Of a stretch of DNA of 64,000 bases, positions 10,288 to 19,558 are shown piece by piece. The notes under the pieces are model-generated. The model worked only from the letters and a program-made list of their open reading frames with translations, had not been told where the DNA came from and did not search any database. Made by a program: the position numbers and the translations under genes. The stretch's first letter is position 1. Every line of letters starts with the position of its first letter. This stretch comes from an uncultured Lentisphaeria bacterium. Lineage in GTDB: Bacteria > Fidelibacterota > UBA8477 > JABMPR01. The DNA is taken from NCBI GenBank assembly GCA_964508765.1, contig CAZDVD010000004.1, positions 66,784 through 130,783 on the forward strand, given 5' to 3'.

Positions 10288-11211
10288 TTAGAACTGTTTA
10301 TTTTTCTCATTTTCCTTCAAATGTTTGTCCAGTAATGCGATCAATTCATCGCGGGAATAATTGTGTCGGGGATTTGCATTGGCCTGTAACAACTTTTCAA
10401 ACAAAGCATTTATAACCCTGTCCCCCTCCCATTTGGTACCTACCAAATAGCTATCTTGAGGATAGTCAGAAAAAAGGGCATGAAATACGGCGTCAGAGAC
10501 AATTGAAGGGTCAGAGGGTTTCCGATTGGTAGCTGATTCTAGTGCATCCGCTGCTTCAGGCGGTGGGGGGTTCTCAAAAGAAGCTAAAATTTCATCTGCT
10601 TCTGCTTTAAAGGGTGGTCTGGCTCGCTTTAACCGCTCCACAATCCCCGGCATACTATTGGGTCCAATATTGGAGACGACACCTCCCGGCTGAACAATAC
10701 TGACATGGATACCATAGGGCTCCAGCTCTTCTCGCATGGCTACCGTGTAGGCCTCCAGGGCATGTTTGGTCATCGTATAGGGTCCAAAGTACTTCTGGGT
10801 GATCTGGCCCCCTTGTGAGCCAATATTCACAATGCGCCCTCTGGACTCAATCAGTAATTCTAAAAAGGCATTACTCATTCGCCAGGGACCATAAACATTC
10901 ACATCAAACAACTCTTGAAGCTCTGCTTCACTCCAAGTGTAGAAAGCACCCAGTCCGCCTAAACCAGCGTTATTTACCAGCCCATACAGACTGGTACCTC
11001 TCGATTTTATATGCGATAATGCAGCATCAATTTCTTCTTTCCCGGTGACATCAAGATTGAGGGGTTCAGCGTTTTCGATTTTTGCCACTTTTTTCATGTC
11101 ATCTGGTGTTCTTACAGTGGCATAAACGCGATGTCCACGACTGGCTAGACTCCTCACGATATCGAGACCGATTCCTGTGCTGGCTCCTGTGACTAAGATG
11201 GCTTTTCTCAT
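10288..11211 (-). CDS. SDR family oxidoreductase
   Basis: 307 aa with a TGASTGIG cofactor motif and NAG at about residue 90, the classic short-chain dehydrogenase pattern. Confidence 0.85.
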   Translation of the reverse strand: MRKAILVTGASTGIGLDIVRSLASRGHRVYATVRTPDDMKKVAKIENAEPLNLDVTGKEEIDAALSHIKSRGTSLYGLVNNAGLGGLGAFYTWSEAELQELFDVNVYGPWRMSNAFLELLIESRGRIVNIGSQGGQITQKYFGPYTMTKHALEAYTVAMREELEPYGIHVSIVQPGGVVSNIGPNSMPGIVERLKRARPPFKAEADEILASFENPPPPEAADALESATNRKPSDPSIVSDAVFHALFSDYPQDSYLVGTKWEGDRVINALFEKLLQANANPRHNYSRDELIALLDKHLKENEKNKQF

Positions 11212-11245
11212 ATCTATTCAACTTTCGCGTGAAGAAAGGGGGTAA

Positions 11246-12046
11246 TTATCCTTTGGTGGGTATTACACCGATCAATTTCAATGCTTGTCGGGTGATTTCC
11301 TTATGATATTTAGCCTGCTCATTTGAAGTAATCTCAATATTTGTGGCAAAAAACCAGACTTGTTCTTGCTTTTCCACATAGCCTACCCACCAGGTGTGTT
11401 GGCCATCGCCCCGAACCGCCCATCCCGTTTTGGCACGCAAGGTATACTCATCTGATTGCTCTACTATCATGATATCTTTCACCAATCGGAGGTGATCCTG
11501 ATGGAAGGGTAAGTCATTGTTGTATAAGTTTTCAAGAAATGAAATTTGATCTTCAGCTGTGATTCGTAATTCACCATTTAACCAGAATCTGGTGACATCT
11601 GGACCTGTCTGCATATTGCCATAGTTTAGCTGTTTCAAATGATTTTGATATTTCTCATCTCCCACCCGTCTGGCCAATTCCTGGTAAAACCAGACACAAG
11701 AAACGGGAAAAGCTGTTCTCAGTGAATGATCCTGGTTCCAGGCATCAACAAATCGCACTTCACCATCCCATTTGAACACTTCATCGGGACTGGAAATGAC
11801 TGCCTCCTCCATGGCAATGAGGGTGTTGGGGATTTTAAAAGTTGATGCCGGAAGAAAGGGGGTTTTTGCCCTTTCCGGATAGGCTACATATTTCTGTCCG
11901 GTGGCAGCGTTGATTATGAATATCGTTCCCTCAACTCCTCGCTTTGTAAAAATGGCTTCTAATTCTTCCTGAATTGTTGCCTTCGTACAGGTACCAAGAG
12001 TTAGAACTGCAAGCATCAGGATTAAGTTTTTATTGATGATTTGCAT
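11246..12046 (-). CDS. class D (OXA-type) beta-lactamase
   Basis: 266 aa with a signal peptide. All class D active-site motifs are present in the correct order: STFK (active Ser/carbamylated Lys), SCV (SxV), YGN, KTG and WWVG (WxxG). Confidence 0.85.
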   Translation of the reverse strand: MQIINKNLILMLAVLTLGTCTKATIQEELEAIFTKRGVEGTIFIINAATGQKYVAYPERAKTPFLPASTFKIPNTLIAMEEAVISSPDEVFKWDGEVRFVDAWNQDHSLRTAFPVSCVWFYQELARRVGDEKYQNHLKQLNYGNMQTGPDVTRFWLNGELRITAEDQISFLENLYNNDLPFHQDHLRLVKDIMIVEQSDEYTLRAKTGWAVRGDGQHTWWVGYVEKQEQVWFFATNIEITSNEQAKYHKEITRQALKLIGVIPTKG

Positions 12047-12096
12047 ATATCGTCCTGTTTTATTGATGTTACCTATACAGTCAAATAATGGAGTGG

Positions 12097-12795
12097 CTAA
12101 CCCGGACTATTGAATTTTTCCCCGGCTTGAACAACTGCCTCTACCATTTTTTTATCATCCACTAACTTATCACCTTCTTCAAGGAATAGATCATAGACTT
12201 TGAGAGCCATAATGGCTAATTGAGTAGCATTACCAGGTAATTCACCGGGAGGAAACAGCTTCGATTTGTTTTTTAAAAATGAGGCTGATTTTTTAGCAGC
12301 CTTCTGAAGCTCAACATCTTCAGGTTTTGTCAGACTAAATTTCCAGCGTTCAACTTGCCGGTTAATGAGGATTTTGTCTTTTCCACTTATCTGAATGCCC
12401 GTCGCCGGGAATATTCTGCAATCATAGCTACGGCAGGTTAAAGGACGGTGCTCATAGATGGAACAGGCCCCGTTTTTGAGCATGGGGCAGTGACCCTTCT
12501 CGTCATAGCCCATGAGCACGTTTCCCTCTGGTAAACCTGGGGCAGGAAATAAGAGTTCTCCAGGGATATGAGACAGGGTATCTGTTTCGTCGGGTTTGAT
12601 ATGGATAAAGTAGGATGATCTACAGCAGGAATTACATTTCCCACAAGGGACATCCATCTCAGTATCATTTTTTAGTGCTGTGAGAGTATCTCTAAGCCAG
12701 CTCGAAAATTCTCCTGCTTCAATTTCCTGCAGTTTTAACATAGCCTTTAGAATGCGCCCCATTTTTGTTTCCCAGGGATATAATAGGAGGGGCAA
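12097..12795 (-). CDS. YkgJ family cysteine-cluster protein (UPF0153, Zn/Fe-chelating CxxCxxCC)
   Basis: 232 aa containing CGKCNSCC and the downstream Cys cluster typical of YkgJ. The true start is probably the internal Met at about 12741, which removes the 49-bp overlap with the next gene. Confidence 0.65.
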   Translation of the reverse strand: MPLLLYPWETKMGRILKAMLKLQEIEAGEFSSWLRDTLTALKNDTEMDVPCGKCNSCCRSSYFIHIKPDETDTLSHIPGELLFPAPGLPEGNVLMGYDEKGHCPMLKNGACSIYEHRPLTCRSYDCRIFPATGIQISGKDKILINRQVERWKFSLTKPEDVELQKAAKKSASFLKNKSKLFPPGELPGNATQLAIMALKVYDLFLEEGDKLVDDKKMVEAVVQAGEKFNSPG

Positions 12796-13274
12796 AGGAA
12801 GCGGAACATTTTAGCAATGCTATGGGCTCGATCAGCTTTTTCCTGACTTTCTTCCAGCATTTTCTGAAGCTCTTCACCGAAGGTTTCTGCAAAGTAAGTG
12901 TCTGCAGCTTTTTCCCGATCTGATTCGGTGGTGAATTGATCACGGATTTGACCCAGTTCCCCAGCATCCAGCCAAAAACCACCACAATTGGCGCATTCAT
13001 CAACTTCCACATCACGTTTGACACTCATGAAATGTTTCATCATAATCACACCCTCACACTTGGGGCAGGCTCGTTTTTGACTGTAGTCTACAGTAACACT
13101 TGGATTCTTTTTTGTATTGAGAAGGGCTTCTCCAGCGGCTTCGTGTTTTTCATCGACATGCTTCAGCTCATAATTATCAAACCAGAGACCTCCACAACCA
13201 TTTTTACAGACATCAACTGTGATCTCACCAACCTTTGTTGCAACAAGTGTATTGGCACATGCCGGACATTTCAT
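12747..13274 (-). CDS. tandem zinc-ribbon protein (two zf-TFIIB-like CxxC...CxxC modules)
   Basis: 175 aa. It contains MKCPACANTL...CKNGCGGLWFD and a second copy CPKCEGVI...CANCGGFWLD, i.e. two copies of a Zn-ribbon module. Confidence 0.5.
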   Translation of the reverse strand: MKCPACANTLVATKVGEITVDVCKNGCGGLWFDNYELKHVDEKHEAAGEALLNTKKNPSVTVDYSQKRACPKCEGVIMMKHFMSVKRDVEVDECANCGGFWLDAGELGQIRDQFTTESDREKAADTYFAETFGEELQKMLEESQEKADRAHSIAKMFRFLCPSYYIPGKQKWGAF

Positions 13275-13372
13275 TTCAAACCCCTATTCTATGCATTGAT
13301 TTAACTATAATCGTTCGATGGATAATTTCCAGTTTAAAGCGGAGTATCAAAGCTAAAATTTTCTAGGGCGAG

Positions 13373-13738
13373 CTATTCTTCATCGCGATGAACAGACGCT
13401 GGAGAAAATGCTGGTAAACACACCGCGATATATTCAGCACCGTCCTCCCCAGGGGTACTATAACGAACCCATTCTCCAGGGTCTGTGATAATGGATTGTC
13501 CAGTTATCACGTCGCTTGCACCATCGGCATACTCAACGTGAAGTCGCCCCTTTAAAACCAGGGTGATTTCCATAAATTCAGGCCGTTGACCTGGTTCCAC
13601 CCATCCCCCTGGTGATACCATGCGAGCCACACTCACTTCTCCCTGATTTGAATTGACATGGCCCACGAATTCTTCAATACGCTTGGGTTTGTTACCTACC
13701 GATTCGATGATGGTTGGTGATTCTATTATTTTGGGCAT
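13373..13738 (-). CDS. cupin domain protein
   Basis: 121 aa with the cupin core pattern (GxxxxxH...E...G and P.G..H). Confidence 0.5.
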   Translation of the reverse strand: MPKIIESPTIIESVGNKPKRIEEFVGHVNSNQGEVSVARMVSPGGWVEPGQRPEFMEITLVLKGRLHVEYADGASDVITGQSIITDPGEWVRYSTPGEDGAEYIAVCLPAFSPASVHRDEE

Positions 13739-14031
13739 TTTTTAATCTTCCTCTCAGGAGTGGATTCGGGCTCCACTTATTTTAATAGGAGCACCTTGTG
13801 TGTTGAGACGAAGTTCCCCTGCTCCAATTTCACAAAATAAATACCTGCTGAAACATGGCAACCTGACTGTCATCATAGAGTAAATCAAGATCACTACCAC
13901 TCAAAAGGCTGCAAAGAAGTCCCAGTGAAATAAGCACATTTTTCATCATGCAAAGGTAGCTTTGGAAATGGCCCAGAGAATTGATTCCTCGTCACATATT
14001 AAAAATAAATTGGCCGACCCTTCTCCGTAGG

Positions 14032-15750
14032 TCATCCCTGATCGGTTCTTCTCAGAACAGAAATAAGGCCTTCGATAACCATCCAGATCGCCAGGAGGAA
14101 TACAATGGCATTGAGAAAAATCAATAGACCATGGCCGCTTTCCCAATAACTGATTTCGTTGAGAAAGATCGCCCAAATGGTCATGGTCAGAATGATCAAT
14201 GCTGGGATTGCTGTTATCAAATATGTGAGACCTTTTCTTTTCTTCTTCAGATAAATGCTTATGACGATCAAAGCCATTCCAGCCAGAAGTTGATTGACTG
14301 CCCCAAATAGAGGCCAGAGTGTCAATGCCCCTTTGCCATCTGCTCCAGTGATAAATGCCAGTGCAGCAGCAGTCAGGACAGCAAAGGCTGTGGCAATGTA
14401 GCGATTGGTGAATACTTTCACTTTTATATCGCGGAACAATTCGGTGATGACATAGCGCTGGATACGAGTTGCTGAATCCAGGGTCGTCCCTGCAAATGAA
14501 GCAATAAAGACGCCGATGATGATGATCCCCAGGCTTTTGGGAATCCAGATCGATTCCATCATGTTGGCTGAACCAATAATGACGGCGTTAATTTTTGAAG
14601 CTAAACCCTGGGAAGCCGCCCAAGTCGCGTAGTGCTGATGCCAGGCTGCGGTACCAGTTAGGATGGAACCATCAGCCTGCTCATAGGCAAGACCGATCCC
14701 CGCCCCCACTGCAATCACCACGAGAGTTGCCAGGATGGCTTCCATGAGCATGGAGCCATAACCAATGAAGAGAGCATCCGGTTCATTGGCAATCTGTTTG
14801 GAAGTGGTTCCAGAAGAGACGACAGCGTGAAACCCCGAAAGCGCCCCGCAGGCGATGGTGATGAACAGGAAAGGCAGGAGTGGTGGTGCCCCGGCTGGTG
14901 AAACATTGAGAGCGGGTGCCACCATTTCCAAATCTCCCCACAATCCGGATATCATGATTCCCGCTACCAGAACACCCATTGCGATAAAGAGCTGCCAGGC
15001 ATTTATATAATCTCTGGGTTGCAACAAACGGTTCACGGGAATGACGGAAGCAACTCCGGCGTAAATCAACAGGATGATGGTCCAGACACCCGTTGCAGGC
15101 AAACCACCGATAGCAGGCATGCTAAAGGGCAGATAGTGCCCCAGAAATACGGTTATATACATCAAGGTCACTGCTGCTGCAGTTGAAATGAGAATATTGG
15201 CACTGCGTTTATATATCAACCAGCCCAGAGTGATTGCTATGGGGATTTCCATCCAGACAGGAAAAACGGATTGGGGGAACATCTGAAAGATCATGGCAAT
15301 AATGACCCCAAAAATAGCGATGATGATCAGTAACTCCAAAAAGATGATGAGAAAAGCGATATATCGCATTCGCAAATTGACATAGCGGGCAGCAAACTCT
15401 GAAAGTGATTCGCCCCTGTTTCTCAGGGATAACACCAAAGATCCAAGATCATGGACAGCCCCCATAAAAATAGAGCCGAAAAAGATCCATATCATGGCCG
15501 GCACCCAGCCCCAAATTATTCCGATGGCAGGACCCACAATTGGTCCCGTGCCAGCAATGGAGGTATAGTGGTGACCAAAGATGATACTCTTCCTGGTTGG
15601 GATAAAGTCAACCCCGTCTTCCAACTCTCGTGAGGGTACCTGACGATCAAGCTTTAATTTGAAAATCTTGCGTGCCAGAAATTTACCATAGGTATGATAG
15701 GCAATCAGATAACCCACAAATGAAAACAGCATCAAGGCTACAACTTTCAT
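14032..15750 (-). CDS. cstA: carbon starvation protein A (CstA family peptide/pyruvate transporter)
   Basis: 572 aa polytopic membrane protein. The N-terminal YHTYGKFLARK and overall length match CstA. Confidence 0.85.
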   Translation of the reverse strand: MKVVALMLFSFVGYLIAYHTYGKFLARKIFKLKLDRQVPSRELEDGVDFIPTRKSIIFGHHYTSIAGTGPIVGPAIGIIWGWVPAMIWIFFGSIFMGAVHDLGSLVLSLRNRGESLSEFAARYVNLRMRYIAFLIIFLELLIIIAIFGVIIAMIFQMFPQSVFPVWMEIPIAITLGWLIYKRSANILISTAAAVTLMYITVFLGHYLPFSMPAIGGLPATGVWTIILLIYAGVASVIPVNRLLQPRDYINAWQLFIAMGVLVAGIMISGLWGDLEMVAPALNVSPAGAPPLLPFLFITIACGALSGFHAVVSSGTTSKQIANEPDALFIGYGSMLMEAILATLVVIAVGAGIGLAYEQADGSILTGTAAWHQHYATWAASQGLASKINAVIIGSANMMESIWIPKSLGIIIIGVFIASFAGTTLDSATRIQRYVITELFRDIKVKVFTNRYIATAFAVLTAAALAFITGADGKGALTLWPLFGAVNQLLAGMALIVISIYLKKKRKGLTYLITAIPALIILTMTIWAIFLNEISYWESGHGLLIFLNAIVFLLAIWMVIEGLISVLRRTDQG

Positions 15751-15881
15751 GACGTGATCCCCTCCTCTTTCAGTTCTGAATTTTAGTCGGGCAGGAAGAT
15801 AATGAATCAGGGTTTTGAGCCAAGGGGGAAGTCATAGCTGTAGGGATTGACATTTCGATGAACTCAATGTCCAGGTAGGAG

Positions 15882-16826
15882 TTATGATTTTACTTCAGTA
15901 AGAATAACCTTGCGGGCAGCGACAATTCCGATATTCAACTCAAAGCCAATAATGATAGCGAGAGCATAACAAAAAACCATTAACATGATAATGGGGAGGG
16001 TCCCAATGGAACCATATAGGGCATTGTAGCGACTAAAATGATCGATATAGAATCCAAAACCAGTGGTAATCAAAATAGATAGGACTGTAGCCAGACTCGC
16101 CCCAGCTGAGATGAATCGGTATTGGCTCTTCTTTGAAGGACCCCAATAATAGAGGAAAGAATATGCAAAATAGAATACGGTTAGAATCACCACCCATTTA
16201 CCAGTATTCACCATATAGTATAGCCAACCCTGTATCATGAGTTCTTTGGCAACCAAAAAATCCATCAGTCTGTGGGTGATGGTCATGAGAGAGACACCAA
16301 TTGTGACCAGGGAAAACAGGGAGATTACCAGCACCAGAGCAACGGCGCGCTGCATCAACCAGCTACGACTCTCCTCCACGTGGATAGATACATTAAAAGC
16401 ATCTATGAGTGCGACAATACCGTTGGTGGAAAACACCAAAGCAAAGGCAAAACCAAATGACAACAAACCACCATGTTTGATCGTTATGATATCCTCAATG
16501 ATTCTCTGAACCACTACATAAGTACTGGCAGGCAGAATGGATTGAATCATCAGAAGGAGATCAACTTGAAAATTATCAACGGGAATCAGGGGTATGAGGG
16601 TAAAGAGGAAGAGAATGGCTGGAAAAACAGCTAAAACCAGATTAAACGAGACTGCTTCAGCTCTTGAAATCACGCGGCCATCACGAATACCCCTAAAGAA
16701 AAATAAAAGCACATTGAATACGGGGACCCGGTCAAAACCAGGGAAAGAGGCCTGCTTGGCTCTATTGATATAGGGAATCATCCAGCGAAACTGTTTTCTA
16801 TGGTAAAAGTGGTGTTGGTCATTCAT
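15882..16826 (-). CDS. YihY/BrkB family inner-membrane protein
   Basis: 314 aa with about 6 TM segments and the FNLVLAVFPAILFLFTLIPLIP motif of YihY/virulence factor BrkB. Confidence 0.75.
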   Translation of the reverse strand: MNDQHHFYHRKQFRWMIPYINRAKQASFPGFDRVPVFNVLLFFFRGIRDGRVISRAEAVSFNLVLAVFPAILFLFTLIPLIPVDNFQVDLLLMIQSILPASTYVVVQRIIEDIITIKHGGLLSFGFAFALVFSTNGIVALIDAFNVSIHVEESRSWLMQRAVALVLVISLFSLVTIGVSLMTITHRLMDFLVAKELMIQGWLYYMVNTGKWVVILTVFYFAYSFLYYWGPSKKSQYRFISAGASLATVLSILITTGFGFYIDHFSRYNALYGSIGTLPIIMLMVFCYALAIIIGFELNIGIVAARKVILTEVKS

Positions 16827-16894
16827 AGTTAATCAGAGAACCTACAAAAATTAATTCTGCATTCAATTTCTTTTGATGTTCAAACATTAATCAT

Positions 16895-17674
16895 CTAAAA
16901 ATTATATTCCCTATTCAATACTGCAGAACGAGCCTCAATCACAGCCGCTTCAGCATCAAGTGTAATGGCAATATAGACTTTTAGAATCTCAGAATATTCT
17001 TCAATTTTCTGGATGGTTTCTTTTTCCTCTGGCAATTCTGCAGCATGCCCAACTTCAATCAGCTTCTCTTTGTATCTTTTTATCCTGTTATCAATACGCC
17101 TCACCACAATTCGAGTATAATTCTGTCTACGATAAATATCGTGGAGTTCTTTCATTAATCGATTATCCAACATCTCAGGATGAAATAGAAACAGATCATT
17201 AATTTGATCTCGCAGAGGGTTGATCTTTAAAGCTTCACTGGCTGCCTGAGAGTACAATCTAGTTACCTCATTGATCAATTTGATGGTATCCTCTGAGATT
17301 CCACTAATGCGATAATCCTTCATCTCTTCAAACCATTTAAGCTCTGAACTGAGATGGTCGATGGTTTGTTGCTCGAAATGAGGGGCAATGCTTCGAATTA
17401 AGGAGACGAGGTCATTCATGTTGTCGATAAGTTGGGCACGCAATCGGCTACGTTTTTGTCGGACACGCAAAACTGATTCAATAATTCTAACACTCAGCCA
17501 GACTCCCAGTAACTCTGTACCAATATTCGGAACAATGGCTTCAAAAAACAGGGATTCAGGGTTTCCGCCCTCAACACTGTTGATGTAGTAAATCACCAAA
17601 GCCAGACCAACACCAAAGACAGGTATATCTATAAATGACCAGCGGAAAAACCATTTTTTTAACCAGTCCATCAT
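16895..17674 (-). CDS. hypothetical membrane-anchored coiled-coil protein
   Basis: 259 aa with one N-terminal TM helix followed by charged helical sequence. No family recognised. Confidence 0.35.
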   Translation of the reverse strand: MMDWLKKWFFRWSFIDIPVFGVGLALVIYYINSVEGGNPESLFFEAIVPNIGTELLGVWLSVRIIESVLRVRQKRSRLRAQLIDNMNDLVSLIRSIAPHFEQQTIDHLSSELKWFEEMKDYRISGISEDTIKLINEVTRLYSQAASEALKINPLRDQINDLFLFHPEMLDNRLMKELHDIYRRQNYTRIVVRRIDNRIKRYKEKLIEVGHAAELPEEKETIQKIEEYSEILKVYIAITLDAEAAVIEARSAVLNREYNF

Positions 17675-17731
17675 AGTGGATGCTCCCGAGCTAGATACAG
17701 GGTAAGTAATATTACTTGTTAAAAGCCTGAC

Positions 17732-19111
17732 TTAATGAACATCATAAATACTGCCACCTATAAATTCACGGAAATGCGAGGTTTCGGGGATGGGAGATTC
17801 GTCTGCAACTGGAGTGACAGATTCCAGCATTTCCCGTACTCTTTTGGCTCTTAGATAGGCATCTACGCGACGTGGATCATTCTTATAGTCCTGCTCCCAC
17901 TCCCTGAAGTGCTCCAGTAGACGATTTCTCATCACCGGCAATTCATAGGGTACAGCTCCATTGATGATATAATCAGCCGTTGTGATATAGGGTAGGATAT
18001 TTCGCAATTCTGCATTGCGGACGTAATGCCAGTGTGTCAATGTTTGACGGGGATCATAAGCACGGTGCTGTTCATCACGAATCATGCGACGCATGAGTCT
18101 CAGATCAGTCCAGCGGATAAATTTTCCGTTAGCACCTTTCATCTGCAACAAAGTTTCGATATACACTTTAAAAACGGTGCTCTGGTCAATTCCGTTGAGC
18201 ATGTCACCGTAAAGTCCATGGAGGCTATCAATGAGGATGACATCTGTGGATTTAATCTTCAGGGGAATCTGATCCAGAGTCCGTGTGCCTGACTTGAAAT
18301 CGTAGGATGGAGTGAGCACTTCCTCACCTGCCAACAATTGTTTAATATGTTGATTGATAAGGTGGAGATCCAGAGCTTGAGGGGTCTCAAAATCATGGTC
18401 ACCAAATTCATCTACAGGATGCATTTCGAGATCAAAAAAGTAGTGATCAACATTCAGCTCAACCAGACCCATGCCCTTTTTTGAGAGATAGTGAGCCAGC
18501 TTGCGCGTCGTGGTGGTTTTTCCCGATGAGGATGGACCCGCCACAACCACGATCCGAATGTATCCATCACGCTCGCTGATCAGTTCGGCAGCGGCTTGAA
18601 CATCAGATTCATAAGCAGCATCTGCTTCCAGACAAATCTGGGGAAATTCACCATTGGCAATTCGCTGGTTTAATTTTTCAACGGAATTGAGATCATGATC
18701 TGAAGCCCAGACTAATACCTCATAAATTTTCTGATACGGGATATTCCCTGTGTGAACCGTGCTTTTGCTGAGCTTGGCCTTGCGCTTTTCATTCTGAGTT
18801 GCCCTGTATATAATAAAGTGTTTGGCAACGGTGGCATGGCCTTCTTCAATGAGCACTTTTTCAACGATATCCTGGATAGCTTCCACCATGGGTGGTTGTT
18901 CAACAGAATAGTTCTCACAGATAATGCCCTCGATTTTCAGCGCGAGTTCATCAGCTTTGTCCTTATCACGTCCACCTACTGCTACAGCGGCCCTATAAAT
19001 GGCGTTGCTGATACGTTTGCGGGAATAGGGAACGTAGGTTCCATCACGTTTAAATACATGGGTCAGCTTACAAACTTCACTCATCGCTATCACCAAACTT
19101 GATCTCGTCAC
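17732..19111 (-). CDS. ATP-cone domain fused to a uridine kinase/phosphoribulokinase-like P-loop kinase
   Basis: 459 aa. The N-terminus (VFKRDGTYVPYSRKRISNAIYRA) is ATP-cone-like. Walker A VVAGPSSSGKTTTTRKLA and ILIDSLHGLYG match the PRK/UK nucleoside kinase family. Confidence 0.6.
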   Translation of the reverse strand: MTRSSLVIAMSEVCKLTHVFKRDGTYVPYSRKRISNAIYRAAVAVGGRDKDKADELALKIEGIICENYSVEQPPMVEAIQDIVEKVLIEEGHATVAKHFIIYRATQNEKRKAKLSKSTVHTGNIPYQKIYEVLVWASDHDLNSVEKLNQRIANGEFPQICLEADAAYESDVQAAAELISERDGYIRIVVVAGPSSSGKTTTTRKLAHYLSKKGMGLVELNVDHYFFDLEMHPVDEFGDHDFETPQALDLHLINQHIKQLLAGEEVLTPSYDFKSGTRTLDQIPLKIKSTDVILIDSLHGLYGDMLNGIDQSTVFKVYIETLLQMKGANGKFIRWTDLRLMRRMIRDEQHRAYDPRQTLTHWHYVRNAELRNILPYITTADYIINGAVPYELPVMRNRLLEHFREWEQDYKNDPRRVDAYLRAKRVREMLESVTPVADESPIPETSHFREFIGGSIYDVH

Positions 19112-19538
19112 TTAATTCATTGACATCGTCTGCTGCCACAGGAAAGTATTTTGCCAGATTTTCACCTAATTTGTGAATACCAGCCAATAATCCTTCACGC
19201 ATATTACCCTGACCAAATTGAGCTCTCATCTCATCCACGGTTTCTTCCCAGAAGTCTACCGGAACTTTTTCATGGATACCCACATCGCCATAAACAGCAA
19301 ATTTATGCTCAGAAAGAAAAAGAACGATGAGTGTGGCATTACGCTCTTTAGTCTGATGAAGCTTCGCTTTTTCGAATATTCGCTTGGCAGTTTTATAGGG
19401 TTGATTGTGTGAGCTTGTATTAAAACTGATGACAATCTCACCACTGGTTCGACCTTCAAAAGTTTTTATCTCAGCAGATATATCCTGCAAATCCTGGTCA
19501 CTAAAAATCTCTTTTGCCAGTTTCTCAGCTTTGCTCAT
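19077..19538 (-). CDS. TPM domain protein (TLP18.3/Psb32/MOLO-1-like phosphatase fold)
   Basis: 153 aa with GEIVISFNTSS...LIVLFLSEHKFAVYGDVG, typical of the TPM domain. Its 3' end overlaps the kinase gene start. Confidence 0.55.
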   Translation of the reverse strand: MSKAEKLAKEIFSDQDLQDISAEIKTFEGRTSGEIVISFNTSSHNQPYKTAKRIFEKAKLHQTKERNATLIVLFLSEHKFAVYGDVGIHEKVPVDFWEETVDEMRAQFGQGNMREGLLAGIHKLGENLAKYFPVAADDVNELSDEIKFGDSDE

Positions 19539-19558
19539 AAACGCTCCTCAGATCGACA

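Noticed and set aside
12719-13024. ORF 12719-13024 (-) and ORF 12936-13304 (+)
   Set aside because: They overlap the better-supported zinc-ribbon gene 12747-13274 (-), which has duplicated CxxC modules, and have no motif of their own.
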